In this document: positions 52,141 through 64,000 of the stretch, in pieces
Position numbering within the stretch: the stretch's first letter is position 1
Layout: every line of letters begins with the position of its first letter
Assembly (NCBI GenBank): GCA_964016885.1
Contig: OZ024741.1
Span: 335,668,001 to 335,732,000 of the forward strand
Direction of reading: 5' to 3'
From: Eledone cirrhosa
Taxonomy: Eukaryota
DNA: 64,000 bases
Translations under genes and position numbers: made by a program
The notes under the pieces: generated by a model
What the model saw: only the letters and a program-made list of their open reading frames with translations
Told to the model about the DNA's origin: nothing
The model's database searches: none

Positions 52141-53791
52141 TTTATAACTCAATTAAATCAAGATGTATTAGTTTACATCAAGACTTATTCTCATTTTACC
52201 TTATGAATTTTTAATTATCAATTCCTGTAATGTTTTCATCAACTCATTTCACTTTTATCTTTCAACTTAGAGCATAATATACCATCATCATGTTTTTCCA
52301 TGCTTGCATGGGTCTGACTAAAATATGTAGGAGATAGTTTAATTAGCATGACACTAGAATTTTCTTACAGCATAATCTGTCATATCTTCTTCGAAAATGT
52401 ATCTCAATGCATTTGGTGTCACAATTATGGCTTTTGTTTTACCCATTCCTCCGCCTCCTCAGCCACCCCCTCCTCCTCATCACCACCACCACCATCATCA
52501 TCATCATCACCATCATTTTATCTTTTTTTTCCATGTTTGCATGGGTTGGACAGGTCTTCTCTATCAAAGCTTCCTTCTGCTCAGTGTATTCCTTTGTCAA
52601 TTTGTCTGTGAGGTTCAGTGTTGTGTGATCAGCTCTCACTACTTTAATCCATATTTTTATTAAGATTTTCAAATAATTTTTGAAAATAATCAAGAATCTA
52701 AAGGGATTTAGTAATATAACTTTCTCATCATTTATCTGGTGTTTGGAGCATACCTTAATAACGATTCTGATATAAAATTATGCAGGAAGAATTCTAGATA
52801 AATTGAAACACTTTATAATAAAAGCACAGTGTCATAGCACTAGGAATGGAGTTGGGTAGTTTGGTATCAAAAGGATTCAAATTTAAATCTGCCTCGCCCT
52901 TATTTCTGAATAATTTAAATTATAATATGCTTCACACTTTGAATTTTGATTTTTAACATAAAGATTCTTCTATGTGGTTTTGTTGTGTTAAATAATCTTT
53001 AAGCTGTGTTTTCACAAGTTTACTGTGTTGCATATCTTTTCCTAGCTATCATATAACACTCTGGAAATCCTGCAAATAGTTGCAATAGCTTTGTAATAAC
53101 ATTTCTGTTATTCTAGGGAATAGATTCAAGTAGTCACTTTTATTCAGCTATATTACAGAGACCGTAGCAGTATTTTTACAATCTAACACACATAAAATGC
53201 AGATTAAAAAAAAATTCTGTTGCAAGATTTTGTATATTTATTTATTTATTTTTGTATTTTTTTTTTCATTCTAAATGATTTAATTAAGTGAAATAGATGT
53301 GCAAATTTAAGGTAGAATATCAGGCTGTCATATAAAAATATTAATATTATGCTGACCTTATGTTCATATTATAGCTTTACATTCTAGTTGCATGCTGGTG
53401 ATCCACTGCTAGTGTATGTTGTTGTGTGTTACATACTTTTGGTGTTCCATTATAATGTCAGCCTGCAATGTTGATGGTGTCCACAGAACTTATGAATAAT
53501 TCATTTTATCTCATCTTTTGAACTTTTGATTTGGGGTCGGTTCTTTTTTTTCCTTTTCTTTGTTGGTGAATGATGAGAAAATCAATAAAAATTCGGGGAA
53601 TACAGAAAATAGATTCTTGTTTCGTGGACTCTTTATTTCCGTGTGTGTGTGTGTGTGATGAGAGAGAGAGAGAGAGAAATTGATGGGGAGAAAATCATAG
53701 GGAAAAAATAGACCGGTCCACTGCCATTATTTGGTATATGGTACATTTAAATAACATCACCTTTTATACATTTTTATTTTACTGTTTTTTT

Positions 53792-53869
<78 letters not shown>

Positions 53870-53973
53870 GTGTGTGTGTGTGTGCGTGTGTGTATGTGTA
53901 TATATCATCATATACATAAAAGTATATATATGTATATATATATACATATATATATTATTTTTTCTCTTTGTAG

Positions 53974-54245
53974 ATTACAAAGCCTATGAATGTGAAAAGT
54001 TCCAGCTGCGTGAGAGAAAATCATTGCCTCAGACATACAGTAGGTCTAGTAGTACCACAGACAGTACCAAAAGTTCTTGTCAATCTAATGCTGGCAATAA
54101 AATGAGTTTTAGTGATCAGAAGACCACTTCATTGAACAGTGGCAACTGTAATGTTCACCCCCAGCTTTGGAATCTGCCAACAACAAACAGTTTCACCACA
54201 TATTCCAAGCCACTGCCAGCAGTACCAAAAATACAAGATGCATAG
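53974..54245 (+). CDS. Candidate last coding exon of the unknown host gene (exon extends to 54257)
   Basis: Acceptor TTTTTCTCTTTGTAG, 90-codon Ser/Thr-rich frame (D)[15 protein letters not shown]...PKIQDA*, donor CAG|GTAATG 12 nt after the stop. Confidence 0.6.
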
Positions 54246-54366
54246 AACTTTGGTCAGGTAATGATTTTTCAAGTAGGCTTTTTTCCTTTCATTTTTATTT
54301 CATTTTTGTTTATATTGTATTTATCTGTAAGTATGCATCCATTTGTCTGTCTTCCTGCCTACATAA

Positions 54367-54446
<80 letters not shown>

Positions 54447-55092
54447 GTATATATATGTGTGTGTATATATATTTGTATATGTGTGTGTGTGTGTGTTTAG
54501 CACATGGCTTAGTGATTAGAGAATTAGATTCACAAATGTGAGATTGTGAGTTCGATTCCTGGGCTGGGTGATGCATCTATGTCCTTGAGCAAGACACCTT
54601 ATTTCACATTGCTCTTTCTGCCAGGAATTGTGACTGGTAGCTACTGTCAGCAATTGCAATGATCAATGGGAACATTGTTTCCTTAGTTCGATCTGAGGAG
54701 TTCCACACTACATGGTAAGTGAATGACATCTGGGATCTTGTTAGTTTGGATCATTTCATGTATCATCATCATCATCATCAATGTATGTTTGTTTATATTT
54801 GTCTGTCTATGATATATGATACATATTTTCAGGTATTCATAGTGATCAGTATGAAAACTTAATAGTTTTGTTCATATGTAGTATATGAAGCAAATAAATG
54901 ATTTTTCCAAAATCTTTCAGTTAAAAATAAGATTATTCAAATTTATCAAAAACGGTAAACCTTACAATTTGGAACAAATATTAAAAGATAACTCATGAAG
55001 GATGGTGGCATCTTTGTTGAAAGAACGTGGTTTAAATACAAACATACATACATACATGTATATATCATGTATACATAACCACAAACATACAT

Positions 55093-55435
55093 GGAGGCAC
55101 ATGGCTTAGTGGTTAGAGCATTGGCCTTGCAATCGAAAGGTTGTGAGTTCAATTCTCAGACCGGGTGATGTGTTGTTTCCTTGAGCAAGGCACTTTATTT
55201 CATGTTGCTCCAGTTTACTCAGCTGTAGAAATGAGATGATAGGGACTGGGGTCCATATCATTCCACTGAAAAGTGGTCGTGTAGGCGCCACGGCAAAAAA
55301 GCACCCAGCACTCACTGTAAATGAGGTTGGTGTTAGGAAGGGCATCCAGCTGTAGAAATCAAGCCAGCATCAGTTCCCGTCCCACCCTTGCAAGCAGGGA
55401 AAAGTGGACGTAAAATGAAATGATGATGATGATGA
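55093..55435 (+). mobile_element. SINE family A
   Basis: Matches the other family A copies. Confidence 0.88.
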
Positions 55436-56241
55436 TACACACACATGCACACACATATAAATATACACACACACATGCATATCATAACTGCATATACACA
55501 TAGATATAGAAAAATAAATGTATGTGCACATATAACTCAAAACATACTGATTCACACATTCAATGACATCTATACCAGCACACACTCATACACACACAGA
55601 CACACTTACATACACATACACATACACACACAATGATAATTATTTAGTAGATGTGGTCTAAATTCCAATGAAAGAATCTTGTTTCTCTGTTAGAAACGGA
55701 CTTTCGCTTTCTATTAGTGAATAATGTTTTAATATATAACCAGCAGAATTTACATACATACTTGCACATATACATATACACACATATATACCCACAGATA
55801 CACATATATATAAACACATACACCCACACACTTTGTAAGCATGCATATATTTAGATAAATCAAGATAATTATAGGTAAATACATGTATCAAAAATGCAAC
55901 TTAAAGCATGTATGAGGCCAGGTGGTATTTAAAAAACAAACCTTTACCTGGAATGTAGTACGGTGCTATTAATAGCAGAATAATAAAACATTCTTACTTT
56001 GTTTGAAAGTAGAATGTTTAAATCTTTTATTTATTATAATTAAAATGAAGAATATGTATGCATTTATACATACATATATACATAAGTGAGTGTGTATGTA
56101 TATATGTGTACATGTATATATGTATATGTTTGTATGTGTATATATATATATATGTATATATATATGTATGTTTGTATATATATGTGATTTTTTGTGATTA
56201 AAATGAGGAATATGTGTATGTTTGTATGTATATGTATGTGT

Positions 56242-56309
<68 letters not shown>

Positions 56310-57923
56310 TATATGTATGTGTATGTTTGAGCATAAGTGCGTATGTATGTGTTGTGTGTATATCTATTTGTATATGTGTGTATATCTATGTGTTTATGTG
56401 TGTATAAATGTGTGTGAGTGTGTGTGTGTGTGTGTGTAATCCATTATTGTTAACAATGAAACATAGAAGGTCCTCATGAAATATTCTATTCAAGAACAAA
56501 ATTATTTCATTAACCTGTATAAAGTTGCAATGATGTATCGTTCTAGAAATATTTAACAAATGTAGGATAATACATAGAACAGGGATACCTAAATTTATTT
56601 TGTTACAAAAACCTCATATGATTCTCCAGAAATTGGAGAACTAATACCTGTACTTTAGACAACTCCTATCATCATCATTGTTTAACATCCAATATCCATA
56701 CTTGCATGGGTTAGACGTGTTGTCAAGTTATGAGACAAGTCAGGTCCAAAGACCACATTTTGCTCATACAGATCTGTATTTTGGATTGGTTTCTATGGCT
56801 GGATGCCCTTCCTAACTCCAACCTCTTTACAGTGTGGACTTTGGAGCTTTTTATTGTGACACTGAAACAACCAATTTACAGTGTGTACTAGGTGCTTTTT
56901 GTCATGTCATGATCACCTTTCAAAGCGATTAAATGAAACTAAAATCTCTTCTTGTGAAAGAATTTATTCATATGATAAAACAACAAAAAGAAACATACAA
57001 TACATTTTCATGGCTTTTATTAACAGACACTTTATTAACAGAAACTTTATTCCATGAAGCCTTGGAATTATTTTGTGGAACCCACTTTGCGAAACACTTG
57101 TATAGACGATAGTCATTTTGATATATTTCAAAGCTCTGGTAACATATTTTCTTTCATTCAAATCCTGCCGAGGTTGGCTTCACATTTTCATCCTTAGGGG
57201 GTTGATAAGATAAAGTATCAGTAATGTACTGGGGTTGATTTAATTGACTTTCTCCACCCTCAAAATGGTTGGCCTTATGCCAAAATCAAAAACTATTATT
57301 AACATCTTGTAATGATTTAGCAGGTATATTCAAAAATTAATTTATTAATCCAAATGTTTATAGCATCTTTACTAGTGGATAAATTGCTGTGAAAATTTGC
57401 AGTATTAAACACTTAAAGTTTTAATGTGATGAGTCATAGTGTTGTTTACTTTTCCAAAATGTCTTATTTCTTGTTAATGTGGGTTCATGTGGTAGAGGAT
57501 GTTAAGAGTTAAGTAATCACGTAAATTAAAGAACGGAGAATAGACAGATCCGCTGATTGTTTTAGCTCTATTGAATAAAAGGGCATGAATCTTGCTTAAT
57601 TTAATGCCTAGCTGAGTAATGTGATAATTCCAGCGCAAACATCAACTGATAAAACACTACAGTTAACACATCTGATTAAAGTGAATTTCTTGTTTAATTT
57701 GATTGAGATAACATTTCCATGAACTTGCTCTTTTTCTCTGTTGATAGAATATCTTTAGTTTGATTTGCTGGCATTCAACGATAGCTTATTGGCCAGAAGC
57801 AATATACTGGCTGCTTGATTTGTGCATAGAAATACAAACAACTTTGTGAATTTTGTTCTCACATTCAAGCTCATGGTTGCTTGTATGTATCTTTGTCTTA
57901 AAAATACTTGCATATTTGTAATC

Positions 57924-57969
<46 letters not shown>

Positions 57970-59764
57970 AGAATATATATATATATTATATATATTATTG
58001 GCAGACCTCTTTACAATTTCTATTTACTTTTGATATAGCTCAAATTATGCTATTCAGATAGTTGACTACTAATCTATTGAGATGAAGGACCTGACACCTT
58101 TCATGTTCAGATTCCAACTGAAAGTGGCGAGCAATTTCTCTTATTAGACTAACTCATTTCACAATCATAGCCTCACCATTTTCTGGTGCCAATATTCTGC
58201 TAGTTTTACTGTTATTGAATCTCAACTTACTTATTTCCTACATTTGTAATCACGTATCCAGCTAACTGTCTTTTGAGTCGAACACAACGCCTATCAACCA
58301 CTACTCATATATTGTTAATGTGTTTCAAAATTAAATACTCTAACAGGCTTCATTAGGTTTTGGCATCAATGTTTCTTTCATTTTGAAGAGCTAGCTGCAC
58401 AAATGGTTGTATGGATTCATTCTCTCCTTTCCTTCGTTACAACTTCAAAACTGCTGATTATAGGTTAGGAAATTTCTTTTTAATGTCACAGAGAAATATT
58501 TGAGGAAACTACATCGTTTCAACATTGTGTTGCTGGTACAAAGATGAAAACTACCTAGTCATAATCTCTACTACACACAATGTGGTAATTTAGTACAATA
58601 AATGTGATAACAGTTTCAGTTAAATACATTTGTCTCACACACACACACACACACAGATACATACACACATATGCATCTGTATGTGTGTGTGTGGAATAAA
58701 TGTTAAATGAAGAAGATATGCCCCTGAAATAGAAGAGAAATGAGGCAAAGTAGAGACCCCTTTTAATATTCTGCAATAGATACAAACTATTTCCCCCACT
58801 AAAGGTCACTGGGATACGATTTTAAGATAACGTGAAGCAGAATATTTTTACATTAAAAATATTCATTTAAATAATTCTTGTCATTGGAATGTCAAATAGG
58901 AAATCAAGTTAAATTAATGAATGTATCATATATTCCCTTAGAACACCATTCACCAATTTGCCATACACCTTCTTTTATCTCATGAAAGATGTTTTTTTTT
59001 CACCCACCCCCGTACATTCACTTTTCTTAAATGCCAAATTTAGCTTCAGAAACCAAACTGTTTTGTAAGTAACCTACTTGTTATTCCATAGAGAGGCCAA
59101 TTGTTACAGAAAATTTTCAGAAAATTATTGAATATTCTTGGATAACTCTGTAGGCTTTATCATAATATATAGCAAATTTTGGTAACAATCTTGAAACAAA
59201 ATTTCTCCTAAGGCCATTATTCTTTAGTAAGAAAACCATAATGAAAAATAAAATTGAAAAATAAAGAATTCTGTTATTTATTTCCAACTCTGTTGAATGA
59301 AGATTGGCTGATAACTTCATTACAAGGAATGCATTTTATAATATTCACTGTAAACTTACATTTTAATTCACAATTTATTCCCAGTTCTTAAATTCCTCAC
59401 AAAGGAAATATAATTTTAATATAGACATGGGAAATTGCGTTATTTATTGTATGTTAAAGAAGAAATATATTTCTTTATAAAACCTAAATCTTTAGGAAAT
59501 ATCTGCTGCTATTTTAGGAACTCACAATATAGATAAGACAGAAGTCCATGGTTGTTTTACTTCACATATATTTTTAAAACTATGAAATATGAAATTAAAT
59601 CAAGATTTTATAGTTTCATAAAGATGTATGTATGTATGTACGCATTCATATAATGTATGTGTATATGTGTGCACATAAAGTATGTATGTGTATATGTATG
59701 CATATAATGTATGTATATGTGTGTATGTATATATGTATATATATGTGTCCTTTGACAGGTTTTG

Positions 59765-60301
59765 TTTTTAGTCCTGCAGGATGTCCAAAGTCACCCTCCT
59801 CACCAAGAAACCTTGGTGGGGTTGCCAGTTTAGTCGCCACCGACCCGACCATGGGACAAAGGAGCTCTTAAGAGTCAATGGCCATCCAAAATCACCGGGA
59901 GAGATGACCCCTTAGCCTTTGTCAAGGCAGAATTCTAGGAGAAGGAAAACTCTGATATAACACCTGCAACCCTGATGGTATCCAAAGATGTTGACTTGTT
60001 CTTCTTTTTGGTAAATATCATCTTGGTTAAGAGAGTGGGACTGGCTTTGTGCAGTGCCTTTGCTCACTATAAAAGCTTCACGGCACAGGCATTGCTTTAT
60101 ATCTGGAGATCTCTCTGCAATTGTCGTCACATGGTACCATGGGCCCTGCACTGTGTCAATAATTGTCACAAGTGTAGTGTTTGTACCAGAGTTTTCAAGT
60201 CGCTGGCTGGACTAAAAAGTCACACTCGTTCAGCGCATCGGTAGGGGTTCTCCTACATGGATATAAAGTAGTGGCCGTACTCGAAAACGAGTTGGCAGCC
60301 A

Positions 60302-60304
<3 letters not shown>
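59765..60304 (+). mobile_element. Internally deleted RTE-derived element (5'UTR, zinc finger, 3' end)
   Basis: CCCCTTAGCCTTTGTCAAGGC..CTAGGAGAAGG resembles the 5'UTR of the 8.8-13 kb LINE. CSVCTRVFKSLAGLKSHTRSAH and GGCCGTACTCGAAAACGAG..GGCAGCCA match its 3' end. Confidence 0.75.
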
Positions 60305-60342
<38 letters not shown>

Positions 60343-60346
<4 letters not shown>

Positions 60347-60530
60347 TTAAAAGTGACAAAGGCGCTGTGTGGTTAGTAATAAATATTGAGAAACACAAAC
60401 ATAAGGACAATTCCCGCTCTTACCTGTCTGCTGTGGGTCGCTGATGTTTCAACACATTATATGTCAAAACATCAGCGACCCACAGCAGACAGCCGAAGAG
60501 CGGGAATTGTCCTTATTTTTTTCTAACCAA
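60343..60530 (-). mobile_element. Fold-back element, family F
   Basis: About 57-bp arms at 60401-60457 and 60460-60516. Minus strand has a stem then GAAACATC next to the turn. (TA)n on both sides. Confidence 0.7.
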
Positions 60531-60746
60531 TATATATATATATATCATTGTTTTTATGTCCACTTGTCCATGTTGGCATGGGTTGGATATGATGCTTTAA
60601 GGCAATGTTTTACACCCTGATGCCCTTCTTGATATCAACCCATTTATTAATCATCTTTTACAACTCATAGGGACATGGTATATCTATTCTATTAAGAAGT
60701 GCACTAGCATCCTTAGTATACAATAAAGTTATATCTGTATACATAT

Positions 60747-61090
60747 GGAGGCACATGGCTTAGTGGTTAGAGCATTGGCCTTGCAATCGAAAGGTTGTGA
60801 GTTCAAATCTCAGACCGGGTAATGTGTTGTTTCCTTGAGCAAGACACTTTATTTCACATTGCTCCAGTTTACTCAGCTGTAGAAATGAGATGATAGGGAC
60901 TGGGGTCCCTATCATTCCACTGCAAAGTGGTCGTGGAAGTGTCATGGCCAAAAAGCACCCAGCACACACTGTAAATGAGGTTGGTGTTAGGAAGGGCATC
61001 TAGCTGTAGAAATCAAGCCAGAATCAGTTCCTGTCCCACCCTTGCAAGCAGGGAAAAGTGGACATAAAATGAAATGAAATGATGATGATG
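60747..61090 (+). mobile_element. SINE family A
   Basis: Matches the other family A copies. Confidence 0.88.
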
Positions 61091-61731
61091 ACATACTGAG
61101 TGGGTAACTGAGACTGCACCAATGTGTATATAAGTATACAAATATTTAATGTGTAGGCGGCATTGATGCAGTCTCTGTCACTCACTCTGTATACAGATAT
61201 AACTTTAACTATATATATATATATATACACATATATGTGTGTATATATATATATCATACTTATATTAATTTATATCCTTATTTTCCATCCCATAACATTT
61301 ATTATTGAAAATTAAACTTAAAGAAAATATAGAAAATTTATCCAAATTGAAATAAATTCAATTTCTAAAGATGATAAATTGAATAAACATTTTAGTTTTT
61401 AAAAAATTTTACTTGAGTTAAGGTTAGTTTTGAGGAAGGGAGGGGGGGGGGGCTTTGTTTTTATTTTGCTGTTGTTCATGTGATTTCACAAAAGCTGCTC
61501 ATTGGTTGTGAGTGACAATCAAACATTACATAGACACTAGCATGACTAGCAGAAGTGCAGACTTTACATTAGCAGAAGACAGGCCAAGCCATATAGCACT
61601 GCCAGTATATATAACAACAGCAGCAGCAACAGCAGCAGCTATTGTACAACTCTACAGCAGAATACACATCACAGTGTAATGGCTCACTGGCAAAGATTTA
61701 CTTGTACAAGTAAGTAGGTGTGTTTTTTGTT

Positions 61732-61780
<49 letters not shown>

Positions 61781-62334
61781 TATATATATAAATATATATA
61801 TATGTGTGAGTGAGTGTGTGTGAGTGTGTCAGTGTGTATGTATATGTGAATGTGTAAATATATGTGTATATGCATATATATATATATGTGTCTATATGCA
61901 TATATGTATATATGTGTGTGTTTGTATATGTGTAAACAAATATATATCTATATTTATTTATATGTATATATATATACACTTTATATAGAAAAGTTTGTAT
62001 GTTCACTTACTAATATCACTAAATATTCAACCTCACAAACATTACAAAACATTTCCAGTTATCAACAGTTTAGAAATATAAATATAACAATAGTAGAGTG
62101 TAGTAATAGGAAGGATTTGGGACCCTGGAAATAAATATAACAATATAACTATATAAATGAATGACTAAAAGTAAATTAAATATACTTAGTAATATGTCTG
62201 TAGTTTTTAGCATTGGGATTGTTATAAAGTTTATATATATTACAATATTGTTTCATTAAAGACAAACAATATAGCAATATATACATATGTGGGGTTTTTC
62301 TTTTTGTTTAAAACATATTCTATTATATTTTTAA

Positions 62335-62740
62335 GTAGCAATACTATATTTTTAAAACAGTAACACTATATCTTTATAAGAGGAACACTATATATTTAGT
62401 ATCAGAATACTAAGTTTTAAAATGGCAATACTATATATTTAAAATAGGAATACTGTATTTTAAAATAACAATAGTATATCTAAAAAATAGTAATACTCTT
62501 TTTTTAAAAATAGGAATACTATAATTTTAAATAGGAATACTATATATTTAAATAACAATACTGTTTTATAAATAGGAATACTATATTTTTAAATAGCAAT
62601 ACTATATTTTCAAAACAACAATACTATATTTTTAAATAGCAATACTATATTTTTGAAACAATACTATATTTTTAAAAGAGGAATACTATATTTTAAAAAA
62701 TTAGGAATACTATGTTTTTAAAGTAAGAATGCTATATTAA
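62335..62740. repeat. About 21-bp AT-rich minisatellite (AATACTATATTTTTAAATAG)
   Basis: Diverged tandem units. Confidence 0.85.
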
Positions 62741-63569
62741 ATGTTATTTGTCGATGTAACTAAATTGAAATTTTCTGTTTGTAATATTTCTTAATATTAA
62801 CTTTTAACACGCATATTTCTCTGTTAAATAAAACAAACTTATCTACTTGGTATTTGTTAATGGTACTGAGGGTTTACTGTGGCAGAGATATTATTTCTTG
62901 AAATGTAGAGACACATGCACAAATTTACACATACACCTACATACACACACAGCACATAGATGAAATATAACTGCCTACACACACACCAACTCATTGACAT
63001 ACACACACATGCTGTCAGATACAAACATACACTGACACACACACATAGATATACAATGCACCTACATACACACAACACATACATGAAATAAAAATGCCCC
63101 CCCCCCACACACACACACACCAACACACCCATACACCTACATATACACACACAGCACATATATACTTCTCAGTTAGAAAGTAATTTTCCCTTTGTTATTG
63201 ACTTATTCTTTAAATCTTATTTGTAAATCAAAGTTTACATGTAACTATTATATGTGTGTTTGCATGTATGTGTGTATATGCACACATCCACACACACACA
63301 AAAAAATATATATGTGCATACACATACATATACATATATATACATAATATATACATATATATGTGTATGTATATATTATGTATATGACATCTCCTCTGTG
63401 AAGTTCAGTATTTTGAGATCAGCTCTCACCACCTCTATCTAGGTTTTACTTGGTTGTCTTCTACTACAGATTCCTGTATGTATATATTATATTATGTGTG
63501 TATATAATATATATATTTATGTGTATATATATATATATATAATGTATATATGTATGTGTATATATATAT

Positions 63570-63890
63570 GTGTATGTATAATGTGTGTATATATAAATAT
63601 ATTTATATAACATAATATATAATATATATATATGTGTGCATACATATGTGTGTCTGTGTGTGTGTAATGTGTGTATATATAAATATATTTATATAACATA
63701 ATATATAATATATATATATGTGTGTATACATATGTGTGTCTGTGTGTGTGTAATGTGTGTATATATAAATATATTTATATAACATAATATATAATATATA
63801 TATATGTGTGTATACATATGTGTGTCTGTGTGTGTGTAATGTGTGTATAAATAAATATATTTATATAACATAATATATAATATATATATT
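63570..63890. repeat. 86-bp tandem repeat of microsatellite-rich sequence
   Basis: Near-identical ORF starts spaced 86 bp apart (63699, 63785, 63871). Confidence 0.85.
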
Positions 63891-64000
63891 CACACAGAAC
63901 TTTTCTCTTTATTTCAGTAAAATTAAATCTCAACAGACACAAACATTCTTAGTTGATAAATCTAGTTTGATGAATCAAAATGTTTTTCTTTCTTTTTTCC

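Noticed and set aside
58346-58463. Possible exon with one open frame
   Set aside because: Weak acceptor and no recognisable product; at most a 3'UTR exon.

Overview
AT-rich animal (non-bacterial) genomic DNA. It is dense in microsatellites ((TA)n, (CA)n, (AAT)n, (GAT)n), tRNA-headed SINEs, RTE/R4/L1-type LINE remnants and MITEs; this repeat landscape suggests an octopus-like cephalopod (inference). Almost all ORFs in the supplied track are low-complexity artefacts. Real coding content is a near-intact RTE-clade LINE (EN-RT-3x C2H2, about 8.8-13.0 kb, minus strand), several LINE and transposase fragments, and four phase-compatible candidate exons of an unidentified plus-strand host gene (24.8-54.3 kb). 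The most striking signal is about 9 short non-coding fold-back (hairpin) insertions from about 6 sequence families. Each sits between (TA)n tracts, and most carry type I hammerhead-ribozyme motifs (Penelope/retrozyme-like). Their inversion points repeatedly coincide with ribozyme landmarks, in two cases the predicted cleavage site. There is also a double palindrome centred on two (TA)n tracts that looks like a repaired hairpin-capped break. Coordinates were counted by eye and ribozyme folds assigned by hand.
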